A stretch of DNA of 64,000 bases from Sminthopsis crassicaudata (lineage: Eukaryota): positions 23,313,123 to 23,377,122 of the forward strand of contig NC_133620.1 of NCBI RefSeq assembly GCF_048593235.1. Direction: 5' to 3'. A program made the translations under genes and the position numbers. Shown piece after piece: positions 37,690-50,744 of the stretch (its first letter is position 1; every line of letters starts with the position of its first letter). The notes under the pieces were generated by a model that was given only the letters and a program-made list of their open reading frames with translations, did not search any database and was not told the origin of the DNA.

Positions 37690-38730
37690 ACGTAGAAATA
37701 AAATAATATAACTTAAATATGATAAAATAAACTTTTTTATTACCTACATTTCTCACATAATTCTTCCTCTTATCCTATCTTAGAGAGCCTTCCTTTATAA
37801 GATTTAAAAAAAGAAGAAGAAAGAAAATATTTTCTTTCTTTTTTTTAATTTAAGCTTTTTTATTTTTCAAAATATATGCGTGGACAATTCAAGAAAATAT
37901 TTTCTAAAAAATAAAAACAACTAAGCAATATATACAAGAAATCTAACTTCATATATAGTATTCCACACCATTTGTTTCTCTGTAAAGTATGAGGGGAGGT
38001 ATCTTCTCCCATCTCTTGGAAACCAAGCTCAGCCATTATCATTTCGAGCATTCTTTTGGTCTTAAATTGTTTTTGTTCTTTCCATTTACCTTGTTGGAGT
38101 CATTGTGTATACTGTGTAATAGTACCAATAGTCTACAGTGTTTCCTCCTAGCAGGGCTTAGGCCCACCCCTCCTGTTTTCCCCCTATGACAGAGATCCTT
38201 TAAGTTTCCCCTAAAAGGAGATAAAATGGGCCAAACACCTGATTGGCCCTCGTTTCCCTGACACAATCTCTTGGTACCCAAAGGGCATCAAAAAATCCCA
38301 GCGGTCTGCGGGCAGAACCCCTCCACCTTGGTGGATTTCTGGAGAACACCATGTCCTGCAGCGTAGCCCTGCCCTGATGCCCACCTTCCCATGGGGAGAT
38401 GAGAGAAGGTAGGTGCCCATGGGTCCTTGCTAGGTTAGGGCAAAGTGTATCTCCTTTTGTTAACTGTCCAGTGCCTTCCAAGTGTCTCATTTGGTCTCAC
38501 TTTCAAGCCTGAACTAAGAGTGTTCTGGTGGTAGAGCTCTCTCCCCTTCTGTATTCATCATATTTGTCCTTTCTTCCAGCACTGTATAGTCCATTATATT
38601 CATGTACTACATTTGTCTAGTCATCCCCCAAACACTGAACTCTTACTTTGTTGTCGATTCTTTGCTAAAACAACTGCTGCTCTTCAATGTTTGTGTGACT
38701 GTGGGAACTTTTTGCCATCTGCATCCTTGG
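37690..38730 (-). mobile_element. Old marsupial L1 3' end (L1_Mars-like) with an unexplained internal segment
   Basis: gtcattgtgtatactgt...ccattatattcatgtactacatttgtctagtcatcccc...ttctttgctaaaacaactgctgct resembles the antisense L1 ORF2 end and 3' UTR. Confidence 0.6.
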
Positions 38731-39489
38731 GGTTAGAATATTGGATGTTAAACTAGAAAAGATCCTAGAACCTAGAATGTCAGTGCTGGAGAGGATGTTA
38801 GAACCTAGAATGTCAGAGTTGAAAGGGACGATGGAACACAGAATGTCGGAGCTGGAAAACAGAGAATATCAGATCTGAGATGGGCTTTAGAACACTCAGA
38901 GATGGAACATCACTCAGGAAACAGCTCCCAGGCCAGTCTGACGAGAATGGAGAGTGTAGGAAGGTTGCAAAAGGAAATTCAGCTAGAGAGATGAGGGGGA
39001 AAGAGAGGGGCAGCTGAGCGTCCTGGGGGAAGAATTGTGAATGCCGGGTTTAGGAATGTGTTTCTTACTCTAGGGGAAAGAGGGGAAATGGGCAATTTTT
39101 GAGTCAGTAATGACGAATAGGATATGGGTTTAGGAATGTTACTTCGGAAGCTAGGAGGAGGCTATGTCTGAGAGGGGAGAACTCAAAGCGAGACCGTCAG
39201 GAGGCATTAGTGATGCCCCGGCAAGAAGCAAGGAGGTAGAGGCTGTGGGAGTGGACAGAGAGGGGCACGTCCAAGCCGTATTGTGCTGGTAAAAGCCACA
39301 AGATTTGGCAATTGTCGAATATATGGTGTGAGGGGGGAATGAGGAGTTAAAGATGATCCTGAAGTTGCAAAACAAGATGACTGGGTTTGGATACATGTCG
39401 ACAGTGACCCTATGGCTTCCATCAATCTCCCCCTTCTCTGACACAGTTCAGCTTTCCTTTCTTTTCATCTATTACCTTTTTGCTGTGGC

Positions 39490-40020
39490 TCTTCTCCTCT
39501 CTTCTCTCCTTCTCTTCTCTCCCCTCCCCTTTCCTCTCCTCCTCTCTTCTTCTTTCATTTCCTCTTCCCTCCCCTCTTCTCTCCTGTCCTTTCTTACTTT
39601 CTCCTTCTTTCCCCCTTCTTCCCCCCTCTCTCTTTCTCTCTCTCCCTCCCTCCCTTCCTCTCTCTTTTTCTTTCCCCCTCTTTCTTTTTCCATCTCTCCT
39701 CTCTTCTCCTCTTCTCTCCTCNNNNNNNNNNNNNNNNNNNNNNNNNNNNNNNNNNNNNNNNNNNNNNNNNNNNNNNNNNNNNNNNNNNNNNNNNNNNNNN
39801 NNNNNNNNNNNNNNNNNNNNNNNNNNNNNNNNNNNNNNNNNNNNNNNNNNNNNNNNNNTCCTCTCCTCTCCTCCTCCTTCTTCTTTTCCTCTCCTCCCTC
39901 CTCTTCTCCTCTCCTCTCCTCTCCTCTCCTCCTCCCTCCTCTTCTCCTCTCCTCCTCCCTCCTCTCCTCCTCTCCTCTTCTCTCCTCTCCTTATCCCTCC
40001 TCTTCTCTTCTCTTTTCCCA
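39490..40020. repeat. CT-rich low-complexity repeat spanning an N gap
   Basis: (CTCTC/CTT)n on both sides of gap 39722-39858. A GA/ACAG-rich repeat follows at 40370-40570. Confidence 0.9.
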
Positions 40021-40829
40021 TTACCCTTATTCTGTGGCTTGTATTTCTGCTGCTCTTTAAGACATGTACCCTTCTTCTCAATATGCTCTCTCGCAAATTG
40101 TGTATGTCTTTTTCAAGACTCCTGGGTGCAATTCAATTTGCCTTCCTGCTCAAAGATCACCATAGTCTAAATTGCTCTCAGAGATGATAGAGAATGCTTG
40201 TCCTTCTGAACTTCAAATTTCCAAATGCTACTCAGTTCTCAAAATCCTTTTACAAGAGGATCATAGATTTAAATATATAAGTCAGCACAAAGATCATCTA
40301 GACCACCTCTCTCATCATATAGAGGAGGAAACTGAGACACATGGTGATAGATGATAGAGTTGGGATGAGAGGGAGACAGACAGACAGACAGAAAGAGATA
40401 GGCAGAGAGAAACAGGCAAAAAAGAGACAGGAAGACACACACAGACAAACAGAGACAGAAATAGAGACAGAGAACACAGACAGAGAGACATAGAGAGAAA
40501 AGACAAGAGAAGAGGGGAAGAGAGGGAAGGGGAGGAGAATGGAAGAGAAAGGGAAGAAAAGACACAATGGAGAAGGAGATGATGTTGATCTAGCACTAAA
40601 GACTGAAAAGGAATGGGCAGAGAAAAGGAAGAGCAAACTATTATAGAAGCAGGAGAAAAAGAGAATTTCTCAGAAGAGGGATTGACTAATAGTGTCCAAA
40701 GCTGCAGAAGTCAGGAAAATGAATATTGAGAAAAGGACACTGAATTTTGCAATTAAGAGATTATAGGTAACCTTACAGTACCCCAAGGATTGGGTTTGGG
40801 CCAAGTGGGATTGGCCAGAATTCATTTAT

Positions 40830-42040
40830 CAGACCATAATCTTTTATCCTTCTGTCTTTCCCTGAATCTCATCCCTCCTAAGCCTTTGTCTCACCGTAGT
40901 CTCCTTCCTTCCATCCCTCAGTTCTGTCCACCCTAGATTCACTCTTTTCTCTTCCTCATTTTTACCCTTTGGTGAACCAATTCAACTCTATAATACCCTC
41001 TCTTCTCAAATCCCTTGCCCCCTTGCACTATCCCTTCTCATGCCTTGCCAACCCCAACTAGGGATTACATTCACATTTCCCTTCTTTGATACTATTCATT
41101 TGCTGCAGAATGGAGCTGGAGGGAATCGGGAAACCGTGCTGATGGAGTCCATTACAAATTTGTTATCTGATCTTCCCTGCATCCTCACAGTGGAAAGGCA
41201 GCTTTTCTACTCCTTCCAAATCAATTCCCTTTTCCCTCATCACCTCACACCTGGGCCGTTACAACAACAGACTGGTTTGCCTCCAGAGTCTCCTCGCTCC
41301 CGTTCATCTTCTTCTCAGCTGTCAAAGGGATCTTTCTAAAGCAGAGATCTGACCAGAATAAATTCCGATGACTGTCATCTACAGGATCAAAAGTAAAATC
41401 AACTCTGGCTTTGAAAGCCTTTCGTATCCTGGCCCCTTCCCACCTTTCTAGTCTTCCTCTACTTTTTCTTCCTCTGCATATTCTGCAATCCATCCAGCCT
41501 TGCAGTTCCTAGAATTTGATGGTTTTTCCCCGACTGTCCTCCCAAGCCAGATCATCTCCTAGAATGGTCCCCCTCCACCTCCTTCTTACAAGTTTCTTCA
41601 AGACTCAGTTGAAGTCCCAACAGCTGCTGAAGGACTTTCCCAGCCACCCCCAGGGCCTTCCTTCTGGGATTACTTCTTATCTACTCTCTATATTTTGTAT
41701 GCACATATTTGTTTGCATATTGTCTCCTATTCAGCTGAAGCTCCTTGAGGCCATTTGGAGGGAGTTAAATTTAATTTTAGTTTTGCTAAAACTAAAGTCC
41801 AACCTTCTATCAGATGCCCTTTCTGATGATTCCCCCAACTCTCATGCCTTCCCTATTACTTAGCTCCGGTTTATCCTGTACATAACTTGTTTGTACATAG
41901 ATGTTTCTGTGTTGTCTCCCCTATTTTAGACAGAGAGTTCCTGAAGAGCAGGAAATGTATTTGCAGTTCTTTATATCTCTAGTACTTAGCATAGAGCCTG
42001 GCACACAGTTGGCAATTAATAAATGTTTATTGGCTAACTA
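40830..42040 (+). mobile_element. L2 LINE ORF2 remnant plus 3' tail
   Basis: L2-like gctgcagaatggagctggagggaatcgggaaaccgtgctgatggagtccattacaaattt and L2 tail (tagcatagagcctggcacacag...taataaatgttt). Confidence 0.75.
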
Positions 42041-45000
42041 ATTGAAGGCTTAGCCAGGGACATGGTGTCTCCTGGGGACAACCAGGTTCCTATCAGTACA
42101 AGAGGACAGAAAGGGTATGGAAGGAAACAGCTCAGCAAAATCCAGTTTCTCAGCAACAGAGCAGAACATGATGCAAAGGGAGGTCAGAGGAGGCCGTGAC
42201 CGGGGTAAGGTAGGGCTGAGTTGGACAGGAACAGGAGAGCGGAGAGAAAGATGAGAAGGGTGGGTGGTTTTTACCTCAGCAGAGGTGATGTTGGCTTGGA
42301 AACATGCAGATGAGGACAGTGGGAGCTAAGGACTTCACTGTCACAAGATAATGACTAGCTGGTAGCATCTACATCCCCCCCTCCCTGGCCAATGTTCTTG
42401 TCACAATAGTGACCAGAGACCCCATGCTCAGATTCTCAGAGTTTCAGGAACTCTTACAAGCTGAGACCCCTGCAGCATGAGAAGAGTAAGATGGTGTCCA
42501 GGCCCAGCTCAGCTGGGTTACTTTCTGCTGATGAGGTATTCTACAATGGGGTAGCCAAGTGCTTAGACTGGATAAAAGACAAGAAATTCTGAGTTCAAAT
42601 CCAGCCTCAAACACTTACCAGCCATGTAACCTTGGGCAAGTCACTTAAGAAGAAGAAGAAATCTCCAGCAAATGAATTCCATTCTGAGCCTCAGCCCCTA
42701 TACTTGGTGGTTGTGTGACTTTGAACAAGTGCCTTTCTTTCTCAGAGTTTTGATTGCCTTATCTTTATGGGGATAATAATCCCTGCCTTCCTGACAGGGC
42801 CAAATGAAAAAGATTCTTTGAAAGCTATAAAGTCTAATGGAGATGCAAGTTTTGCTAAGGTTTACACAGTTCCTAAGGGCTCTTCTAGGTCATGTGGATC
42901 ACACAGCTGGATGTGTGGAGGGATGGTGGAGGAGGGATGCTGGAACCCCAGTCTAAGAGCTAAGCACAGGTCACTGGACCCACAAGGTGCTTCATGGAGC
43001 ATTTTTCTCCATCATCTCAATTGCACTTGAGGATCAACCCTTCCAGCAGGGATGGAGGCAAGCCTGGTAGCACTGGAGCTGAAGCTTGCATTCTGAACTG
43101 ACTAGGGCTGGCGAGGCCATATCCAGTTTGTGCCTGACATGTGACCCTCTAGCTCTCCCTGGTAGACCCCAAGGAGAATCGACAAGCCAATCCATCCTCT
43201 GTGGGGGCAGCTCCAAGTACAAGAAGTTTTTCCTTTCATTTACCTAAAATCTGCCTCTTCCATTTCACCCCTATTGATACTGGTTCTTCTCTCTGGGGTA
43301 AAAAATTGAACTCCTTTCTCACAAACCAACCCTTCAGATCCTCAACAAAAACAACATTGTTCCCCTCCCAGACCCTAGAGTGCATCACCTCCCTTACCTG
43401 TCCTTATCTCTACACGACAATCTCTCTTCTATTCAGTCATCAAGGTGATTTTTCTGAAGTATAGATCTGACCGTGTCACCTCCTCATTCAATAAATTCTG
43501 GTGGCCCCATAATACCTTCAGGTCTTCTGTTTGATGTAAAGCTCTTCATGACATGGACCTTCCCCTCCACAAACTCTCCTTGCAGTTCTTCAGACAAGAA
43601 ACTCTAACTCTCATGCTGTGCCTGTGTCCTGGCTGTTCCCCATGTTCCCTCCTCATTTCTATCCCTGAGTCTCCCAAGATTTTTTTCAAGGCTCAGCTCA
43701 AATCTCATCTTCTATAGGAAGCCTTTTCTTGTCCCTGCACCAGCCGATACCTTCCAGAAACTGTTTTTCCTTTATTCTGTCTACATGTATTTGGGGCTGG
43801 TGCTTGAAGTTACCTCTTCCCTATTAGACTGGAAGCTCCTTAGGGGTAGGGACAGTGCTTAACATAGTACACCTCATACATAGTAGATGCTTAAATACAT
43901 GTTTGTTGATTGGTTGCTATGGAGGGTATTTGAAAAGCTGTCACATTGTGGTGTGTGTGTGTGTGTGTGTATGATTAAACTTGCTTTGCTTGACTCTAAA
44001 GGGTAAATGAGGATGAAGGGAGAATCACACACAAAAAAATAAATTTAAGCATTATGTCAGAAAGAATGTTGTAAATAATAAAAATGGTCTAAAAGTGGAA
44101 TTGGCCATCTCTGGAATGGCTTCTCCCTCTCTGAAATTCTTCAGATAGAAGTTATTTCTTGGACATGTTAGAGTAGAGTTACCTTGGGGCTACATACATT
44201 GGTTAGTGACTTTCATTCTACACTTGTGTGAGCATGGACAAGTCAATCTACCTTTTAAGGTATTTAAAAAATTATTCAGTCAGGAGTCTCATGGAAGTCT
44301 TGACCCATAGTGTTCTGTGCCAGCATCCTACTGATCTGAGCAACATCCCTCTCTCTCCATCACCTCAACCCAATACATAACAAAACCTGAGAGGGGACCT
44401 CTAAAGCATTAGTGAATCATTTCCAGACTTGATGTGAGATTCATGCACCTCTTCCTGAGCCATATCAAGGGTCATTCCTCAAGGTGAAAATATTTCAGCT
44501 TGTCCCCAGGGTGAAGTGCTGTGAGAAATAATGGGACAGCACAGTCTTGTACCATACTAACGAAGTCTCCTTGCCTTGTTCACAAGGGCTTTGGCAGCAA
44601 TCGGGGCTGTCCTCTGGCACAGTGGAACCTAGCCCTTCAGGGAAGGACTGGTAGGATTTCAATGGTTCTCACGCCACAAAAAGACTTGTTCCCCCACTCA
44701 GGCACCAATCAGACACCATAAAAATTAGGGAAGATTTCACAGAATGTCAGATCTAGATGGAACTTTAGAAATCATCTAGCTAATCCTCTTATTTAATCTC
44801 AGGCTACACAGGAAATTGGGAATAAAATCTCAAGATGCTTGGGAAAGAGACCACCAGAAAACCTTTAACTATGAAGAGAAGGGAATTTCAGGAGGGCATC
44901 TGGTGGGGAAAGCCAAGTAGGGGACGTGGGGGTGGCGGGAAGAAGGGCTATGGTTGGATAGCAGAAACCGAAAGGGGAGAGAGACAAAGGACAAACAGAA

Positions 45001-45179
45001 GGAAAATATGGGACTTTGCAGAAAGCATCACCTTGGCCAATTAGTTCCCAGGGTCATTCATTTACTGGAAGAGGAAGAAGAAAGACAGAAAAGAAGCATG
45101 ATGTGGTAAAAAGAACATAACTTGAAGATCTATTCCCAAGTCTGCCAATAACATTCTACAGAAATCACATTACCTCGAT

Positions 45180-45850
45180 ATGCTTTGGTTTTCCCTGCTA
45201 GAATTGGACTCTATGTTCTAATATTTTGTTTTAAGTCTATTCTAAGGTCCCTCCCAGCTATCAAATTTTATATGCTAACATTCTGTGCTCAAGGTCCCTT
45301 CCAAGTCTAATATTTTAAAGTCATTTACAGCTCTAACAATTTATGGTATAATATCCATGTTTTAAAGTTCCGGTTCCTAAGCCTTATTACAGCTCTAAAA
45401 TTCTGTGTTCTAACATTTTGTATATTATAAGGTTATTTCCAATCTTACCATCCTATGTTTTAATGTTACATGTTCTAATGATAATATTCTTTGTCAATAT
45501 TCTAAGTTTACCTTCAGTTATAACATTTTATACTTATGTTCTAGTATTCTAGGTCCTGAAGTCATTTACAACACTAATGTTCTCTAACATTCTAGGTAAT
45601 AAGGTTACCTCCAGTCCTAATTATTTTATGTTCTAACATTTTATATTTTAAGGTCATTTGCAACTGTAATATTCTATCTTCTAATACTACATACTTCCTC
45701 TAAAGTTACATTTTATGTTCAACATCCTATATTCTAATGCTCTAAGGTAATTCTCAATTCTCATATTCTGTGTTCTAACTTTTACATTCCCAATCCTAAC
45801 ATTTTGTGTCCTATTATTCTATGCTCTACAATCTAAGGTCATTCGAAGCA
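45180..45850. repeat. Degenerate minisatellite of TTCTAAGGTCCCTTCCAGCTCTAACATTCTATG-like units
   Basis: Recurring TAAGGT and TTCTAACATT(C/T)TATG sub-motifs over about 670 bp. Confidence 0.8.
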
Positions 45851-47229
45851 CTGCCATTTGATGGGCTTATTTTTGGAAATCTCTAATAGTTCTGACACTT
45901 TTCACCTGGTGCCCTACCTCCCTTTGAAAGGCTGGGTTTGTGGTCAGTTTTTCTCCTTTGTATTTCCCAGAACTCAAGAGCTGTTGGCTGGTTTTGTTTT
46001 CCACAGGCCTTTATTATCAAAATGGATGTGTTTGCATACATGAGGTGAGTCATCATTGAGGGTAAAATCAGCACCAAGAAAGAGCTGGGCCCCACAGTCA
46101 GGAGGGGGGCCCTCTGCTCTGGACACAGTCAGTGTGACCATGGCTACGCACAGGTAGCATTTAGCTTATTGTTAAGGGATTAGGAAGGGCGGTGTGGGAG
46201 ATTAGGAGTTGATAGACCTTTCTCTCCCTCCCTAACTCACTATGACCCGGCCCAAATCTCTTTTCACTCTCCCCCCCAGTTTCCTCCTGCTCTTTCTCCT
46301 CTAAAATGGCAACAAAGGAGATGCTAACATGCTAATGAATCAGCTTTGCTCCTCAGTAACTGAGCTGGTAAAAGGTGGTCAGGGTTAGGCCGGTGCCCAA
46401 ACAGGAAGTCTGGGGGCTACTTCTGGCTCTATCTGATTTGCTGTGTGACTTTGGTCAAGGCATGAGAGGGGATTCATGTTCAGGTATAGTTTGGACCAGA
46501 TCCAATGAGAGGGTGTAGGTAAAGTATATTTAAAAACCTACAGGAGCCCCTTTAGTGACTTTTATTCAGTTTCTGATGGTCTCTGAGGGTCCTTTGAATT
46601 CAGAAGGTCTGAGGAGATTCTGGGGGCTTGAACTACATGGTCTCCAGGGTCCCCCTTCCCTCCACTGTAACATGTTGTGACTAATAGGTGGAACATTGTG
46701 AATTGGATCCCAGTGGGGCAGACCAGCTCCTTACCCTACTTTCTAGACCCTGATATAAAGAGAGTTGTGATGAGCAAAGTCCTGGGGGGAAAGATTAGCT
46801 TCATAGTCACAATGGTCTCATAGCAGAGAATGGTAAGGAGAGACCATTAAGAACCCTTGGGATGTTAAGAGCAGAAGGAGCATCAGAGACCATCTAGTTC
46901 AACCAGGCCCCATGTACAAGTGGGGAAAATGAAATCCAGAGAAAGGAAGCAATTTATGCAAGATCAGAGAGGGAAGTTGTGTTGGTCCCATAATTGGGAT
47001 TAGCACCAGGATTCCTTACTTCCACTTTGGTTTTCTAATAGTAAGAATCATCCTGGGGCTTCCATAGTTGTTATTTATCAGGGTCCTTCACCCCTCTTTT
47101 TCCCTCTCCTTTCTCCTCCCATAGGCACTAGGCTCTTTCATTATCTCTTCCCCACTTTCTCTGGCACTTACTCCCAGACCTGTTCATACAGACATTTTGA
47201 AGTTGATGGTAACTTCTTCTTGGCAGAGA

Positions 47230-47835
47230 ATTCTGACTAGTTGGTTAGTTCCTTTTGATTGTGAATTTCTATTGACTACAATTTTTATTGGTTAGTGAGG
47301 TTTGATTGGTCAAAGAGTTCTTATTGGCTATATGTTCCTTTTGTTCATGAGTGAGTTATTATTGGCTACTGAGAGCTTATTATTTCTTGTTTCTGAGTCC
47401 TTATTGGCCTCCAGTTTTTATAGTTTACTGAGATTTCAATAGCTACAAGTTCTTATAGAATGATGAATCTTTATTGATCACTAATTTCTCAGAACTTAAT
47501 AACTGCAAATTCTCATAGGCTAATGAGGAATTCTTATTGGCTCCAAGTAACTATTACCTCTTGTCTTCTGATTGACCAGATGTTTGTAAAGGCTTCTGAA
47601 TCCTTATTAGTTACTAAGATCTCAGTAGCCACAACTTCTTATAGAGCGATAAAGAATTTTTATTGGTCACAAGTTCTTATTGGCTGCTGAAACCTTATTG
47701 GTTACAAGTTTCTTATAGGCTATTGAGCATTTATTGGTCCCACAGCATTACTTGGAAGAGATTCTGAGATATTAGTAGCCACAAATTCTTATAAGCTGCT
47801 GAGTTCTTATTGGTCTCAAGTTCTTATTGGCTCTG
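47230..47835. repeat. Degenerate tandem array of AGTTCTTATTGGCT-like units
   Basis: 12 ATTGG copies on the plus strand between 47287 and 47830, most in TTATTGG context. Confidence 0.85.
47284..47735 (-). terminator. Cluster of four AATAAA hexamers downstream of the GPX7 stop (candidate poly(A) signals)
   Basis: Plus-strand TTTATT at 47730-47735, 47659-47664, 47470-47475 and 47284-47289, about 250-700 nt after the TAA. Confidence 0.55.
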
Positions 47836-47982
47836 TCTAGATTAAAAGTAGAATATATCTCTAAAACCATGGGCTTAAAGAACAAGGAAGGAATAATCTA
47901 TTCCTGAAAGGCACCTGTAAGAAAAAAAAAATCTGACATTCACATTTGGCATTCACATTTGACACTGTGAAGTCAAGAATGA

Positions 47983-48146
47983 TTATAATTCTTCCTTCTT
48001 CCCCACGATGAGCTTCCCCACGAGCTCGTGGATCTTGGGTCGAATTTCTTCTACTGATACAGTTGAGTCCCAGGCTCCCACCACTTTTCCATTCGGGGCG
48101 ACTAAGTACTTCCAGAAATTCCAAGTTGGCTCTTCCCCTGAGGATT
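47983..48146 (-). CDS. GPX7: Glutathione peroxidase 7, coding exon 3 (164 nt incl. TAA)
   Basis: Acceptor TCCTTTTTACCCAG|AA; (E)SSGEEPTWNFWKYLVAPNGKVVGAWDSTVSVEEIRPKIHELVGKLIVGKKEEL*. WNF catalytic motif and a KDEL-like KEEL ER-retrieval signal. Phase matches exon 2. Confidence 0.97.
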
Positions 48147-49076
48147 CTGGGTAAAAAGGAAGATAAGAAAATACAAGAAATCAGGTAGATCTTCAGGTAG
48201 GGGAAGAGGGGACAGAAGGGTTTCCTATTTTCCATGGATAGGACCTTCTATCTCCTTACTTTGATTACTTCCTGTTTCCTCCACTCCTGAAATTTCCCCA
48301 TTAGCATTCATCCCTCTAACTCTGAACCTGTGAAAAAGTATTCTATGTCCTGAGAAGAATAATACCATAAACCATTCTGTTTCCAGTCACTGACCCCTCA
48401 GTGTCTTTCTGATTCTTTCCTGAGAGCATTGCCTTAATAGTGAGAGTGGCCACATTCAAGGGATGCTTTAGAAAAGATTCCAAGTCAGATACCATTTGAA
48501 TTATATGGCTTTTGAGGCTCCTTCCAAATATATGATTTGGGGTTTCCCCCTTTATTTTTAGCTGGTGAGAGTGGGGAGTAAGAGAGAGTGTTATGAGCTT
48601 CTATTTCTGAAATGTTCATGGTTTATAATGTGCTTTCCTCAATACAAGCCTTTGAGGTGGGCAGTTCAAGTGTTACCATTAAAGAAGTGACAGGATTGTC
48701 CATGATCACATAGTTGGGGATTTGAACTCAAGTCTCCTGATTCTAAGTCTGGTATTCTTTGTACTGGGACAGCAAGGTGGCACTGAGATTGTAGTCTGGA
48801 AGACTCTTCTTCATGAGTTCAAATCTGACCTTTTTTATTTACAGTATATTTACAGATAAACTCAATTTATTAATCCAACAAGCATTTATTAAGTACTTGT
48901 CTCCCTAGGTTGCCCAAAGCACTGAGGGGGACTTGCCAGAGTTATAGAGCCAGTATGTGGCAGAGGTTTTATAAACACTCTTGGGATTGCCTTGAATAAG
49001 AGGAACCAGAGAAATCTGAGACACCATTTGCTAGGATGGCTAGATGGGTCCTGAGCTCCTTAGGGACATAGCTTAC

Positions 49077-49338
49077 CAATTAGATATTTGAAGGCAGCAT
49101 TGGCCCCAGTACCACGGACAGCGATCTTGCTGAACATGGGGAAAGAAACTCCATAAGTCTTCCGTGCAAAGTTTTCAATCTCCTTGTTGGTGTCTGGCTC
49201 CTGCTGCCCAAACTGGTTGCAGGGAAAGGCAAGCACGTTGAAATGGTGTGGTCCCAGGTCCCGCTGCAGCTGCTGAAGGGCTCGGTAATGCTGGTCCGTG
49301 TAGCCACACTCACTGGCCACGTTAACAACCAGTGACAC
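49077..49338 (-). CDS. GPX7: Glutathione peroxidase 7, coding exon 2 (262 nt)
   Basis: Acceptor CTCCTTCCTCAG|GTG; VSLVVNVASECGYTDQHYRALQQLQRDLGPHHFNVLAFPCNQFGQQEPDTNKEIENFARKTYGVSFPMFSKIAVRGTGANAAFKYLI. Peroxidatic Cys (TGT, not Sec) and FPCNQF motif present. Donor TTG|GTAAGC. Confidence 0.97.
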
Positions 49339-49540
49339 CTGAGGAAGGAGGACAAATTCTTGTTGATTGATTGACACACACCACAGAATTGAGTGACTAA
49401 GCAAACATGCAAAAAGAACTATAGTTTCACATGGAATCATAAGCACAGACACATGTATGAAAGCAATGACAAACAACATTTTCTAACTGGTCATCTTGTC
49501 ACAGAGCCTTCTCCTGGGCATCAAGGGGGACACATAATTT

Positions 49541-50694
49541 AAGATTCAGGCCCTATTTTTATGGAATCTAGTAGATTAATAAGACACAGATACATCTAAG
49601 GCTGAGACAATATCAAATGATAATTTACTAATAAAAACATGTAGGTGTACACACAGATGTAGGTATGGTATTTATCCACACATATATACATGAACATATG
49701 TATAATAATTGTCACTTACATGAAGCTTTAAGTTTTATAAAATGCTTTATAAATGTGATCTCATTTTATGTATTATCTCATTAAATATATCACAGATCCA
49801 GTCATAAGTATATATTAATTAAGATTTAGGCCCTGTCTTTGTGGAACATTATAATCTAGGTGGTTAATAAGACAGATATATCTAAGAATGAGATATAATA
49901 TCAAATGATAATTTACTAATAAAAATAGGTAGGTTGACCCGAAGATGTAGGTATGGTATTTATCCACACACATATACATGAAAATATGTATAATCATTGT
50001 TCCTTATATGGGGCTTTAAATTTTATAAAATGCTTTATAAATATGATCTCATTTTATGTATTATCTCATTATATTTATCACAGATCCAATCATAAGTATA
50101 TATTAACTAAGATTCAAGCTCTACTTTTATAGAACATAATATCTAGGTGGCTAATAAGACACAAATGTATCTAAGTATGTGAAAATACAATATTAAATAC
50201 AATATCAAAAGATAATTTACTAAAAAAACATGTAGGTGGACATAAATATGTAGGTATGGTATTTATCCATACACATGTACATGAAAATGATACATATTTT
50301 ATACATTTATACCATTATGTCATAAATGCCATTATACATTGGCATTTATATAGAGTTTTAAATTTTATAAAGTGCTTTATAAATATCATCTCATTTTATA
50401 TATTATCTCATTTTATATATATATTATAGATCCAGTTATAATTATATGTTAACTAAGATTTTAAAATGCTTTATAAATATGATCTCATTTTATGTTTTAT
50501 CTCATTAAATATATCACAGATCCAGTCATAAGGATATATTAATTAAGATTCAGGCCCTGTCTTTATGGAACATTATATCTAAGTGATTAATAAGACAGAT
50601 ATATCTAAGAATGAGATACAATATCAAATAATAATTTACTAATAAAAACATATAGGTGGACACAAAGATGTAGGTATAGTATTAATCCACATAC

Positions 50695-50744
<50 letters not shown>

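Larger units (their letters stand above)
20030..39858. other. Four assembly gaps: 20030-20262, 22082-22353, 32807-32934, 39722-39858
   Basis: N runs, all flanked by repeats. There are none between 39859 and 64000. Confidence 0.99.

Noticed and set aside
46290-46410. YY1/SOX/POU/AP-1/ETS-like motif cluster
   Set aside because: Part of it looks like a decayed MIR core (cagtttcctc...taaaatgg), and the short motifs are not enriched enough.
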